Shown: positions 56,391-64,000 of the stretch, piece after piece
Position numbering within the stretch: position 1 is the stretch's first letter
How the letters are laid out: the number at the start of each line of letters is the position of its first letter
Source of the DNA: Chlamydiia bacterium
GTDB lineage: Bacteria > Chlamydiota > Chlamydiia > Chlamydiales > JAAKFR01
Assembly (NCBI GenBank): GCA_963827485.1
Contig: CAWHBB010000003.1
Coordinates: 23,476-87,475, forward strand
DNA length: 64,000 nt
Reading direction: 5' to 3'
Notes under the pieces: model-generated
Databases searched by the model: none
Told to the model about the DNA's origin: nothing
What the model saw: only the letters and a program-made list of their open reading frames with translations
Program-made: the position numbers and the translations under genes

Positions 56391-56524
56391 AAATTATTTG
56401 TTTATAAATTATAACAAGATAGTAATCCATTATAACAAAAGTGTCATTTTAAATAAATAATAGCATGTCTTTATAAAATTATAATAATTAGAGTTTATAA
56501 TAGTAGAAAAATTTAGGTTTTTCT

Positions 56525-57247
56525 ATGGCAGCTATTTCTAATCCTGTCGATTCTATGGCAGCGGCGGCCTCTTCGAGGGAGCCTCGGATTCCCCCTGGGA
56601 TCGATGGCCGCATTAAGGAGATCTTTGCGGGAGTTGCGACCGTTTTCCAGAGGGATCCTGACAAACCTAAAGAGCAGTGGAAGCCGTTAAAGGTGGAGGT
56701 TTGGCTGCAGAAGCTGAGTGGAGGGCGCCAGTGCTATCGGCTCTACCGCGAGAGGGAGTGCATCGGCGAGATGACGCTGGTCTTCTGCCGCCTGCTCGCC
56801 GATGGAAAGTACGGCTGTGAGAATAGCTCTTCCCCGACCACCTGGACCTTTCAATGCCGCTTGAACTATCGCGAGGTAGGAGAGGGTGAGGATGCCCAAG
56901 CGGACACCTCGAATAAAATCGAAATTCTGCACATACGATCTCACAGACGCCACTTGCTATATGGTACGGGCAATGCGCTCTACCAGATTGCGGTGGAGCA
57001 TGGCAATAGGCTGGGCTGCGAGGGGCGGGTGGTGCTCGATGCAGATGGCTCCCACGATATTCACTTCCGAGCAGGCTTCCGCGCTGTGCAAAGAAGGGGG
57101 AACCAGGCTCTTGCAGCGGCGCTTAAAGCGGGAAAAGAGGTGCGGATGAATCAGCCCCTCAACATGTTTCTGGATAGCGAGGGGCGGGAAAAATTTGCCA
57201 AGAGAATCGCAGAGGCCCCTATCCTTACTGCATTCAAGGATAGTTGA
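56525..57247 (+). CDS. GNAT-like acetyltransferase-fold candidate
   Basis: HRRHLLYGTGNALYQIAVEHGNRLGCEGRVVLDA...HFRAGFR resembles GNAT motif A/B. Ala/Ser-rich N-terminus. Confidence 0.35.
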   Translation: MAAISNPVDSMAAAASSREPRIPPGIDGRIKEIFAGVATVFQRDPDKPKEQWKPLKVEVWLQKLSGGRQCYRLYRERECIGEMTLVFCRLLADGKYGCENSSSPTTWTFQCRLNYREVGEGEDAQADTSNKIEILHIRSHRRHLLYGTGNALYQIAVEHGNRLGCEGRVVLDADGSHDIHFRAGFRAVQRRGNQALAAALKAGKEVRMNQPLNMFLDSEGREKFAKRIAEAPILTAFKDS

Positions 57248-57968
57248 CCTTCACGAGAAATAGGGCGTGAGCGGGGGCAGGAGGTGGGGCGCACCTGCGA
57301 TCAGCACGCGCTAGAAGCTCTGCCGCCGAGCTCGGCATATATCTCCCTTTCCCTACTTCGAGCAGCATCCCGACGAGGTTGCGCACCATTTTATAGAGAA
57401 AGCCGTCGCCCTCAAACTCGAGCCGAACCCCTCCAGGCTGCTCCACAAAGTCGATTCGTATCAGCGTGCGCACATGGCTTTTCGCGCTGCTTCCCAAGTT
57501 GGTGAAGCTGGTGAAATCCCGCTTGCCGATCAGATAGCGGCTCGCCTCCTTCATCTTCTCGAGCGAGAGGCTGTAGCGAGGTCTGAAGCGGTAGGGCTGT
57601 AGGAAGGGATCTTCGATCTCGTCGAGCCAGAGGTGGTAGTGGTAGATCTTGGAGAGCGCGCTCCGCTGAGCATGGAAATCCTCCGAGGCCTCGCTCGTCT
57701 CTAGGATGCGGATCTCTTTTGGCAGCAGCGCATTGAGCCGGTGGCTGAGATCGCTGCAGCTATATCTTGGAGGCGCATCGAAGTGGGCCACCTGACCAAG
57801 GGCATGCACCCCGCTATCGGTGCGCCCCGCCCCAATCACGCGCGGCCCCTCGTTGAAGAGCCTCGAGAGGCACTCCTCGAGGGTGCCCTGAATCGATATG
57901 CCCTCTGGCTGGATCTGCCAGCCCACATATTTCTCGCCCGAGTAGGCGATCACTAATTTATATCTCAC
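57234..57968 (-). CDS. truA: tRNA pseudouridine(38-40) synthase
   Basis: MRYKLVIAYSGEKYVGWQIQP and the GAGRTDSGVHALGQVAHF catalytic Asp motif. Confidence 0.9.
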   Translation of the reverse strand: MRYKLVIAYSGEKYVGWQIQPEGISIQGTLEECLSRLFNEGPRVIGAGRTDSGVHALGQVAHFDAPPRYSCSDLSHRLNALLPKEIRILETSEASEDFHAQRSALSKIYHYHLWLDEIEDPFLQPYRFRPRYSLSLEKMKEASRYLIGKRDFTSFTNLGSSAKSHVRTLIRIDFVEQPGGVRLEFEGDGFLYKMVRNLVGMLLEVGKGRYMPSSAAELLARADRRCAPPPAPAHALFLVKVNYP

Positions 57969-58642
57969 ACAGATAGTCTAAGGAGTGCTGAGATCAGCTT
58001 CAAGTCGTCTTTTAGCGTGAGTTTGATATTGGTGCACGAGGAGGGAATGAGCGCCACATCAGCCCCCACAAGCTCTGCAAGGGCCACATCGTCGGTGAGC
58101 TCGAGCCCCTCTCTCTCAGCAAGGGCAAATCCTTTTTCTAAAACTGAGCGGTGCAGCAGCTGAGGCGTCTCGATCTCCCAAAGTAGGCTTCTGTCAAGGG
58201 TTTTATTGACTAAAAAATTTTCAGAATCCCGTTTCGCCTCTTTGATCGTCGAGGCGACGCGCCGTGCAAGGGTTGCTGCTTGGTAGCTTTTGCGCGCCTC
58301 TAGCAGGGCTAAGACCGCCTCTTTTCGGATCAGGGGGCGCGCCGCATCGTGGGTCAGCAGCCACTCGTTTTCGGAATGCGCTTGCAAGAACCCTGAGCGG
58401 AGCGAATCTTGCCTTCTCGCTCCAGGATCGGCAAAGCGCACAGGGTAGTGCTCGATCAAGTGCCTGTAACGCTTGGGTGACACGACGATCACCTCATCTA
58501 TCTCCTCGATCGAGAGGAGGAGCTCCAGAGCATAGGCGACGACCGGTTTTCCGTTGAGGTCGAGGAACTGCTTGGGTTCACTTGTGCCAAAACGGTTGCC
58601 AGTGCCTCCAGCCAGCACGATAGCCGAAATCGAATTATTCAT
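57965..58642 (-). CDS. ispD: 2-C-methyl-D-erythritol 4-phosphate cytidylyltransferase
   Basis: AIVLAGGTGNRFG..PKQFL and THDAARP motifs. Confidence 0.9.
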   Translation of the reverse strand: MNNSISAIVLAGGTGNRFGTSEPKQFLDLNGKPVVAYALELLLSIEEIDEVIVVSPKRYRHLIEHYPVRFADPGARRQDSLRSGFLQAHSENEWLLTHDAARPLIRKEAVLALLEARKSYQAATLARRVASTIKEAKRDSENFLVNKTLDRSLLWEIETPQLLHRSVLEKGFALAEREGLELTDDVALAELVGADVALIPSSCTNIKLTLKDDLKLISALLRLSV

Positions 58643-58713
58643 TGCTGTGCACTCCAGGATCGGCTGGGTGACACGACGATCATCTCATCGATAGCGGAAA
58701 TCGAGCTACTCAT
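58639..58713 (-). other. 24-codon upstream ORF assembled from ispD-derived fragments, stop overlapping the ispD ATG
   Basis: Hand translation gives MSSSISAIDEMIVVSPSRSWSAQQ*. Codons 1-8 mimic ispD MNNSISAI, and DEMIVVSP mimics ispD DEVIVVSP. The TGA overlaps the ispD ATG (CAATGAAT). Confidence 0.4.
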
Positions 58714-59686
58714 GGCTGCGCAGGGTGATCACAGCGATCTCAGGCGGCGCGCAGAGTCGGAAGGGCTTGGGGCCGCCGAGGCCGCGGTTCACGTAGAGCA
58801 GCTTGCCCTCGGCAAAGGCTTTGCCGCGCGAGTAGTTTGGGTTTTCAAGCCTTGCAAGCTTGCGCGAGAGCTTCGGCAGCATCGGTAGGTGGATCTGCTC
58901 GCCATGGGTGTGTCCCGAGAGCACGAGCTGGCCTGGGAAGCGAAGCAGGTGGGGGAAGGTGTCGGGGTTGTGGGAGAGGATGATCCCAGGAAGATCGGGG
59001 TTGTAGTCGGCAAAGGCTGCATCGGGATCAAAACGGCCGAGGCCATAGTCGCCAAGACCCACCACGTTGAGTCCGATGGGAAGCTGCACTGTGCGGTTAT
59101 CCAGAAGGGTGAAGGGGCTCTGCGAGATCAGCTCGAAGAGGCCGGGATGGTGACCCGTTCGGGCCGCGGCCAGGGTGACTTTGCCTCTCAGGCTCTCCTT
59201 CTCCTTGAAAAGCACATGGAAGGAGAAGAGGAACGAGGAGAGAGGGCTTGCCGGATGCAGCACATCGTAGTCGCCCGAGCGATTGCGGCTGACATAGGCG
59301 CCGTAGTCGTGATTGCCAAAGACGCAGAAGGAGCCATGGGTCGCCTGGAGGGTGTTGAGGAATTCTAGAAGCCGCGCGCTATCTTCCAGCTGTGAGTAGC
59401 AGATGAAGTCGCCCGTGAAGAGGATGAGATCGGGTCCAATTTCCTGCACGCGCTTGGAGATTCTTTTCAGGAAATGATTCGATACGCGGCGGTGGAAGTG
59501 TAGGTCGCTCAAGTGGACGATTTTGAAGCCGTCGAGCTTGCGGTTGCCCGAGATGAAGACCTCGTGCTCGGTGGTGAAGAGAAGTCGCGGCTCGATAAAC
59601 CTGGGCCAGAGGCCAACAAGGGTGCTGCTTGCTCCCACATCGAGAAGGAGGGAACCAAGTTTTCTGGAAAGATCGCTGGAGCTCAT
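58706..59686 (-). CDS. metallophosphoesterase (YaeI-like)
   Basis: IVHLSDLHFH, TGDF, FGNHDY and SGHTHGEQ motifs. Confidence 0.8.
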   Translation of the reverse strand: MSSSDLSRKLGSLLLDVGASSTLVGLWPRFIEPRLLFTTEHEVFISGNRKLDGFKIVHLSDLHFHRRVSNHFLKRISKRVQEIGPDLILFTGDFICYSQLEDSARLLEFLNTLQATHGSFCVFGNHDYGAYVSRNRSGDYDVLHPASPLSSFLFSFHVLFKEKESLRGKVTLAAARTGHHPGLFELISQSPFTLLDNRTVQLPIGLNVVGLGDYGLGRFDPDAAFADYNPDLPGIILSHNPDTFPHLLRFPGQLVLSGHTHGEQIHLPMLPKLSRKLARLENPNYSRGKAFAEGKLLYVNRGLGGPKPFRLCAPPEIAVITLRSHE

Positions 59687-59716
59687 GATTATTCTTTGCC
59701 CCTAGCTTTAAAAGGA

Positions 59717-59744
59717 ATCATCCCGGGCATTTGCCCGAGATGAT
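59717..59744 (-). terminator. putative rho-independent terminator of the SWIB gene
   Basis: ATCATCCCGGGCA / TGCCCGAGATGAT stem (1 mismatch) followed on the minus strand by TCCTTTTAAA. Confidence 0.45.
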
Positions 59745-59761
59745 AGGAGCACCTTACAGCA

Positions 59762-60025
59762 CTATTTTATGTGCTTTGATACTTTTTTTGTCATTTGAAA
59801 CATATCGACTGGGCTGGATGAGCCAAAAACTTTAGATAGTTTGGCATCGGGGATAATGTTTCTTTTATTTTTGGTGTCTTGGCACTTATTTTTTTTGATA
59901 TAAGCCCAAAGTTTTTTGATGATCTCTGTTCTGGGCATAGGGCCTGGGCCGACGACTTCTTTAAGTTCGTCGCTGATGTTAACAGGCTGCATGAAAGCGC
60001 TTTGCTTCTTCTTTTGAGCTACCAT
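59762..60025 (-). CDS. SWIB/MDM2 domain protein
   Basis: ELKEVVGPGPMPRTEIIKKLWAYIKKNKCQD...NIIPDAKLSKVFG matches the SWIB fold pattern of chlamydial SWIB proteins. Confidence 0.85.
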   Translation of the reverse strand: MVAQKKKQSAFMQPVNISDELKEVVGPGPMPRTEIIKKLWAYIKKNKCQDTKNKRNIIPDAKLSKVFGSSSPVDMFQMTKKVSKHIK

Positions 60026-60213
60026 TTGTTTTCTCCTTAAAAAGCTATATTTACGAGATGATTTTCCAAAGCTTGCAAACGTTGTATCCTCAAGCGCCCA
60101 TTCTCGTCAAACAAAAAGGTTGAAGAGCTCTCCTGCTGATTCTCTTTTTCATTTTCCCCTCTTCGGTTTATCATACTCGCACTCCTGAAATTCAGAAGGT
60201 CACCGCTTTCGAA

Positions 60214-62322
60214 ATGCCCTCTCTCTCTGCTATCGCTTCGCTTGTCGAAAAGATCCATTCTTCGAAAAGCGCGCAGGAAAAAAAAGAGATCCTTCTATCT
60301 GAAATTCGGGTCCAAGAGCTACTCAAGAGCCCCTTTTTCTCCAAGATGTGGCAATTGGTCCGGTCGAAAAAGCGCCTCGATCTCGAAATCGTCTTCCTTT
60401 CGCTCCTTGCAATCGGCCAGGGAGAGCATCTCTTGAGATCGGGAGATATCGCCCTGCTCGCGCCTCTGATCGAAGTGGAGATCTTCTATGCCGAGATGGG
60501 GGGGCTTGTCGGCTACCACGCCCAGATCCTCTCTCTGATCGGAGAGCTGCAAAAAGAGCCTAAGATGGCCTTTGAGGAGCTCCTCGCTCCCCCGGCTGTT
60601 TCGGGTTCTCTAGAGGAGACACAAGCCGGGCTTAGGGCCCTTCCAGAGGTGGCTGAAATCTATCCGCTCGGGGGACTCGGTGATCGACTCAATCTGAAGA
60701 GGCAGAGCGGTCATCCCCTTCCTGCCGCCCTGCTTCCCTTTCTAGGACGCTCGCTTCTCGAGCTGATGGTGCAGGATCTGGTTGCTAGAGAGTATCTCTA
60801 CTTCAAATGCTTCGGCAAGCAGCTGACCACGCCCATTGCGATGATGACCTCGCATGAGAAGCAGAATGCCGCTTATGTGCGCCTCTTATGCACGAAGAAG
60901 CGCTGGTTTCACCGTCCCAAAAATAGCTTCTTTCTCTTCTCTCAAATCTCCGTACCTGCCCTCACTGAGGAGGGGCTCTGGTCACAGAAAGAGGGAGGCG
61001 CTCTCCATCTGCTGCCGGGAGGCCACGGAGCGCTCTGGCGCATGGCAGAGATGCGCGGCGTTTTCGATTGGCTCTCAAAGCAAGCCAGGAGCTTGCTTCT
61101 CATTCGTCAGATCAATAACCCACTTGCAGGGCTCGGCTCTACTCTTTTTGATCTTTTGGGTTACGGCAAGAGGAAAAAAAAGGCCTTTGGGCTAATCGGC
61201 TGCGATCGATTGGCAAGTGCAGCGGAGGGGGTCCTTGCGCTTGCAAGAAGTCCTTCTGGCGACTGCTCTATTCGCAATATCGAGTATAGCGATCTCGATC
61301 GATTTGGGGTGAGAAGCCTTCTGAGTGGCCCTCAAGGGGACCATTTTTGCGCCAATACCAATATCCTCTTCGCCGACCTTGCTAAAATCAAGGAGGTGAT
61401 CAAGCGTCATCCTGTTCCTGCCTGCACCTTCAACTCCAAGAGCCAAGTGGCGCTCATGGAGCCCTCGGGAGAGCTTGTGCCAAAGAGAGGGGGAAGGCTT
61501 GAGTCGATGATGCAAAATATTTCCGACTTCCTCATCGCAAGGGAACCGACCTCTCTTGAGACTTTCGTCATGCGCCAAAAACGGGAGCATGTGATGGCTG
61601 CGGCGAAGAGAAGTTATGTCGAGGGAGGGCCTCTCCTGGAGACCCCTGAGGGGGCTCATTACGCCCTTCTCAGGGCAAACCACGAGCTGTTAAAGACTGC
61701 CTGCAAGGCGATTGTGCCTCCTTTTTGCTCCGAAGAGAGCTACCTTGAGAGGGGTCCTTCTCTTCTTTTTCACTACCACCCTGCTCTTGGACCTCTTCGT
61801 GAAATTGTAGCTCAGAAGCTTGTGGGAGGGCGCTTTGAAGAGGATTCGGAGTTGCAGCTCGAGATTGCCGAGCTTTTCATGCACGAGTGCGCCCTATCGG
61901 GCTCTCTTCTCATTCGAGCTGAAAATCTGGTAGGCCATCTGGAAAAAGAGCAGCTGGTTTACAGCGAAAGGGTCGGACGCTGCATTTTGAGAGGGGTTCG
62001 AATCGAGAATAGGGGGATCAATCGAGGCGGCAAAAACCTCTACTGGAAAAACAGCCTTGTGCGCAAAGAGGCGTTCTCGCTGAAGTTGATGGGCGATGCA
62101 GAATTTTACGCCGAGAATGTGACCTTCAGGGGCAGCTGGAACATCGTTGTGCCTGCTGGCATGCGTTGGGAGGCCTATATGCGACCCGATGGCCAAATAG
62201 AGTTTGAAAAGAGCCAGAAGGAGGCGCCTAGCTGGCAGTGGCGCATGCGCATCGATCGAGAGGGAATTCTCCTAGAACAGGAGGGCTCGCCAGCGAAGAC
62301 GCAAACCAGCTCCAGGGCATAG
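60214..62322 (+). CDS. UDPGP-family sugar-1-phosphate uridylyltransferase-like protein
   Basis: IYPLGGLGDRLN and LLPGGHGALW motifs of the UTP--glucose-1-phosphate uridylyltransferase family. Long C-terminal extension. Confidence 0.65.
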   Translation: MPSLSAIASLVEKIHSSKSAQEKKEILLSEIRVQELLKSPFFSKMWQLVRSKKRLDLEIVFLSLLAIGQGEHLLRSGDIALLAPLIEVEIFYAEMGGLVGYHAQILSLIGELQKEPKMAFEELLAPPAVSGSLEETQAGLRALPEVAEIYPLGGLGDRLNLKRQSGHPLPAALLPFLGRSLLELMVQDLVAREYLYFKCFGKQLTTPIAMMTSHEKQNAAYVRLLCTKKRWFHRPKNSFFLFSQISVPALTEEGLWSQKEGGALHLLPGGHGALWRMAEMRGVFDWLSKQARSLLLIRQINNPLAGLGSTLFDLLGYGKRKKKAFGLIGCDRLASAAEGVLALARSPSGDCSIRNIEYSDLDRFGVRSLLSGPQGDHFCANTNILFADLAKIKEVIKRHPVPACTFNSKSQVALMEPSGELVPKRGGRLESMMQNISDFLIAREPTSLETFVMRQKREHVMAAAKRSYVEGGPLLETPEGAHYALLRANHELLKTACKAIVPPFCSEESYLERGPSLLFHYHPALGPLREIVAQKLVGGRFEEDSELQLEIAELFMHECALSGSLLIRAENLVGHLEKEQLVYSERVGRCILRGVRIENRGINRGGKNLYWKNSLVRKEAFSLKLMGDAEFYAENVTFRGSWNIVVPAGMRWEAYMRPDGQIEFEKSQKEAPSWQWRMRIDREGILLEQEGSPAKTQTSSRA

Positions 62323-62330
62323 GCAACGCT

Positions 62331-62475
62331 GGCTATTTTCATGAATCTTGTTCATCTTGTCGCTTTTAGCGATCTTGCTCATCCTGTTTCTTTTTGAAGA
62401 AAGAACAAGATATGCAGGATCGGAGCGCGGCAAGATGAGCAAGATAAACTTGTTTTCAAGAGGGTAGCTGAACAG
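62331..62475. mobile_element. RE-A3: palindromic miniature element (right end truncated)
   Basis: Central about 60 nt (CTCATCCTGTTTCTTTTTGAAGAAAGAACAAGATATGCAGGATCG) are identical to RE-A2. Lies between convergent gene ends. Confidence 0.65.
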
Positions 62476-62492
62476 AAAGATGTGGGTATCGG

Positions 62493-62792
62493 TTATTCTT
62501 TAGCCACCTCAGGGGCCTCCTCAGAGGGTTTGCAGCGCCTCTGGTAGATCTTCATCACGAGATAGACAATGCCCACCATCACCGCAATCGTGACCAGCGA
62601 AAACAGGATCACCGTGCCCCAGTGCAGCTCAGGATGCAAGAAGAGCTCTCTAAAAAAATCTTGGGTGAAGCCGGAGAGGTTGATCCTGCTCGCCACCAGT
62701 GCAACTAGCGAGGGCGCCGTCACCCCAAGTGCCGGCACAAGTGCCCCTGTAAAGCCAAGGCAGACCTCTATTTCATGTGCAGGAGTAGCCAT
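62493..62792 (-). CDS. small membrane protein, hypothetical
   Basis: 99 aa with two hydrophobic segments (GALVPALGVTAPSLVALVAS; WGTVILFSLVTIAVMVGIVYLVM). AT-rich upstream region. Confidence 0.4.
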   Translation of the reverse strand: MATPAHEIEVCLGFTGALVPALGVTAPSLVALVASRINLSGFTQDFFRELFLHPELHWGTVILFSLVTIAVMVGIVYLVMKIYQRRCKPSEEAPEVAKE

Positions 62793-62847
62793 TGATTAAA
62801 ATAAAAATTATATGTTTTAATTGCGACCTTTCTAAATTCTTTCGATT

Positions 62848-62876
62848 TTGACATTTTTCGAAAAGGGGAATAGAAT
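62848..62876 (+). promoter_or_regulatory. putative sigma-70-type promoter for prfB
   Basis: TTGACA (62848-62853), 17-nt spacer, TAGAAT (62871-62876), about 30 nt upstream of the prfB ATG. Confidence 0.4.
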
Positions 62877-62907
62877 CCCTCGGTCCTTCAGGGAGAAGAT
62901 TTCCTCT

Positions 62908-64000
62908 ATGAGCGATGAGCTGCACGACAAAATTGAGAGCTTGATGGAGCGCCTTTCCAAGCTCGGGAGGTCACTTTGAGGTTGATGCGAAAAGAGCGAG
63001 GCTTTCAGAGCTAGAGGACGAGAGTGCTCGCGTTGAATTCTGGGAGAATAAGGAGCGAGCCCAAGAGGTCATTTCCGAGAAAAATAGGCTCCTGACCACC
63101 GTCGAGCCCTTTGAGGCCGCTCTGAAGGAGACGAAAAATCTCGAAGATCTCTCCCTTGCCCTGCGCGAGCAGACCGACGAGAGCCTCGAGGGCGAGGTCA
63201 GGGATGAGATCGAGAGGCTGGAAAAAGAGATTCGGACGCTCGAAGTGAAGCGGATGCTCTCGCAGGAGCTCGATCATGCGAGCTGCTATCTGAGCATCAA
63301 TGCGGGCGCTGGAGGAACCGAGGCGTGCGATTGGGCCGAGATGCTCGCCCGCATGTACGAGAGGTGGGCCGAAAGGCGTGGCTGGAAAGTCGAGATCATC
63401 GAAGCTCAGGGCGGCGATGTGGCGGGCCTGAAGAGCATCACCTTGAAATTTGCTGGCCTCTGGGCCTACGGCTATGCCAAGGCTGAGCGCGGCGTGCATC
63501 GCCTGGTGCGCATCTCCCCCTTCGATTCAGGGGCAAGGCGCCATACCAGTTTTGCAGCGGTCGATGTGGTCGCCGAGATCGAGGATGAGATCAGCGTGGC
63601 GGTCGACCCCTCCGAGCTGAAGGTCGATACCTACAGAGCTTCAGGCGCGGGCGGACAGCATGTCAACGTGACCGACTCAGCGGTGCGCATGACCCACATA
63701 CCGACAGGAGTGGTAGTGAGCTGCCAGAAGGAGAGAAGCCAGGTGCAGAATAGAGAGATGTGTTTGAAAATGCTGAAAGCAAAGCTCTACCAGATGGAGA
63801 TCGACAAACGGGAAAAGAGGCTCCAGGCGATGGCTGGAGAGAAAAAAGAGATTGCGTGGGGCAGCCAGATACGAAGCTACGTTTTTCAGCCCTACCAGCT
63901 TGTAAAGGATAACCGCACCGGTTATGAAGTTGGCAATGTGCATGCCATGATGGATGGTGAGCTTCTCGATGAGTTCATAGAGGCCTATCTACTTCAAGCC
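62908..64000 (+). CDS. prfB: peptide chain release factor 2, programmed +1 frameshift at 62977 (3' end beyond window)
   Basis: Frame 0 reads MSDELHDKIESLMERLSKLGRSL then TGA. The +1 frame continues EVDAKRARLSELED... through SGAGGQHVNVTDSAVR (GGQ) to the window end. Neither segment is called in the ORF track. Confidence 0.9.
62965..62979 (+). promoter_or_regulatory. RF2 autoregulatory frameshift site
   Basis: Internal SD-like GGGAGG, 3-nt spacer, slippery CTT followed by an in-frame TGA (GGGAGGTCACTTTGA). Confidence 0.85.

Noticed and set aside
49172-56524. Search for sigma-54 promoters (TGGCAC-N5-TTGC) near the CtcB/CtcC locus and upstream of the effector-like genes.
   Set aside because: Only partial matches were seen by eye (for example TGGCAC at about 51505 inside the kinase gene, without TTGC at the right spacing). 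Nothing is convincing enough to report.
60074-60084. Isolated TGCAAACGTTG in the SWIB/UDPGP divergent spacer, considered as an empty RE-C/IS target site.
   Set aside because: Only 11 nt match the landing pad and no flanking inverted repeat is present. This is too short to distinguish from chance.
63011-63943. ORFs 63011..63499(-) and 63677..63943(-).
   Set aside because: They are antisense to the prfB body, which carries unambiguous RF2/GGQ motifs.

Overview
The window looks like a chromosomal segment from a Chlamydia-like bacterium (phylum Chlamydiota, probably an amoeba-associated lineage). This is inferred from three tandem MOMP-family porins with the LPxGNPxEP mature N-terminus, a SWIB-domain protein, an Inc-like protein with a bilobed hydrophobic domain, a CtcB/CtcC-type sigma-54 two-component pair with no DNA-binding domain, and eukaryote-like F-box/ankyrin proteins. 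About two thirds is housekeeping: ald, yidD, pheT, ogt, trhO, rpsD, murJ, nfo, asnS, hemA, parE/parC-like topoisomerase, rluD, folK, kdsA plus an lpt cluster, ndk, ruvA/ruvC, rlmN, hpf, an ABC-2 exporter, truA, ispD, prfB with its programmed +1 frameshift, and four tRNAs. The accessory content falls into five groups. (1) An interacting network of mobile DNA: one IS110/IS1111-family insertion sequence and three families of palindromic miniature elements, here called RE-A, RE-B and RE-C. The IS and one RE-A copy are each inserted at an AACGTT site inside separate copies of the RE-C palindrome. One RE-B copy sits in frame inside the 5' end of the sigma-54 sensor kinase gene. (2) An 8.7-kb tandem array of five F-box/ankyrin-like effector candidates with mosaic, gene-conversion-like identity blocks. 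(3) A divergent pair, a C39-like cysteine protease and a GNAT-like protein, around an extremely AT-rich promoter region. (4) A porin array bracketed by duplicated hemA 3' ends. (5) A small toxin-antitoxin cassette. My best candidates for something undescribed are the AACGTT-targeted nested IS/MITE system, with a possible bridge-RNA-guided landing pad, and the in-frame MITE in the kinase. All functional calls rest on motif recognition by eye. No database search was possible.
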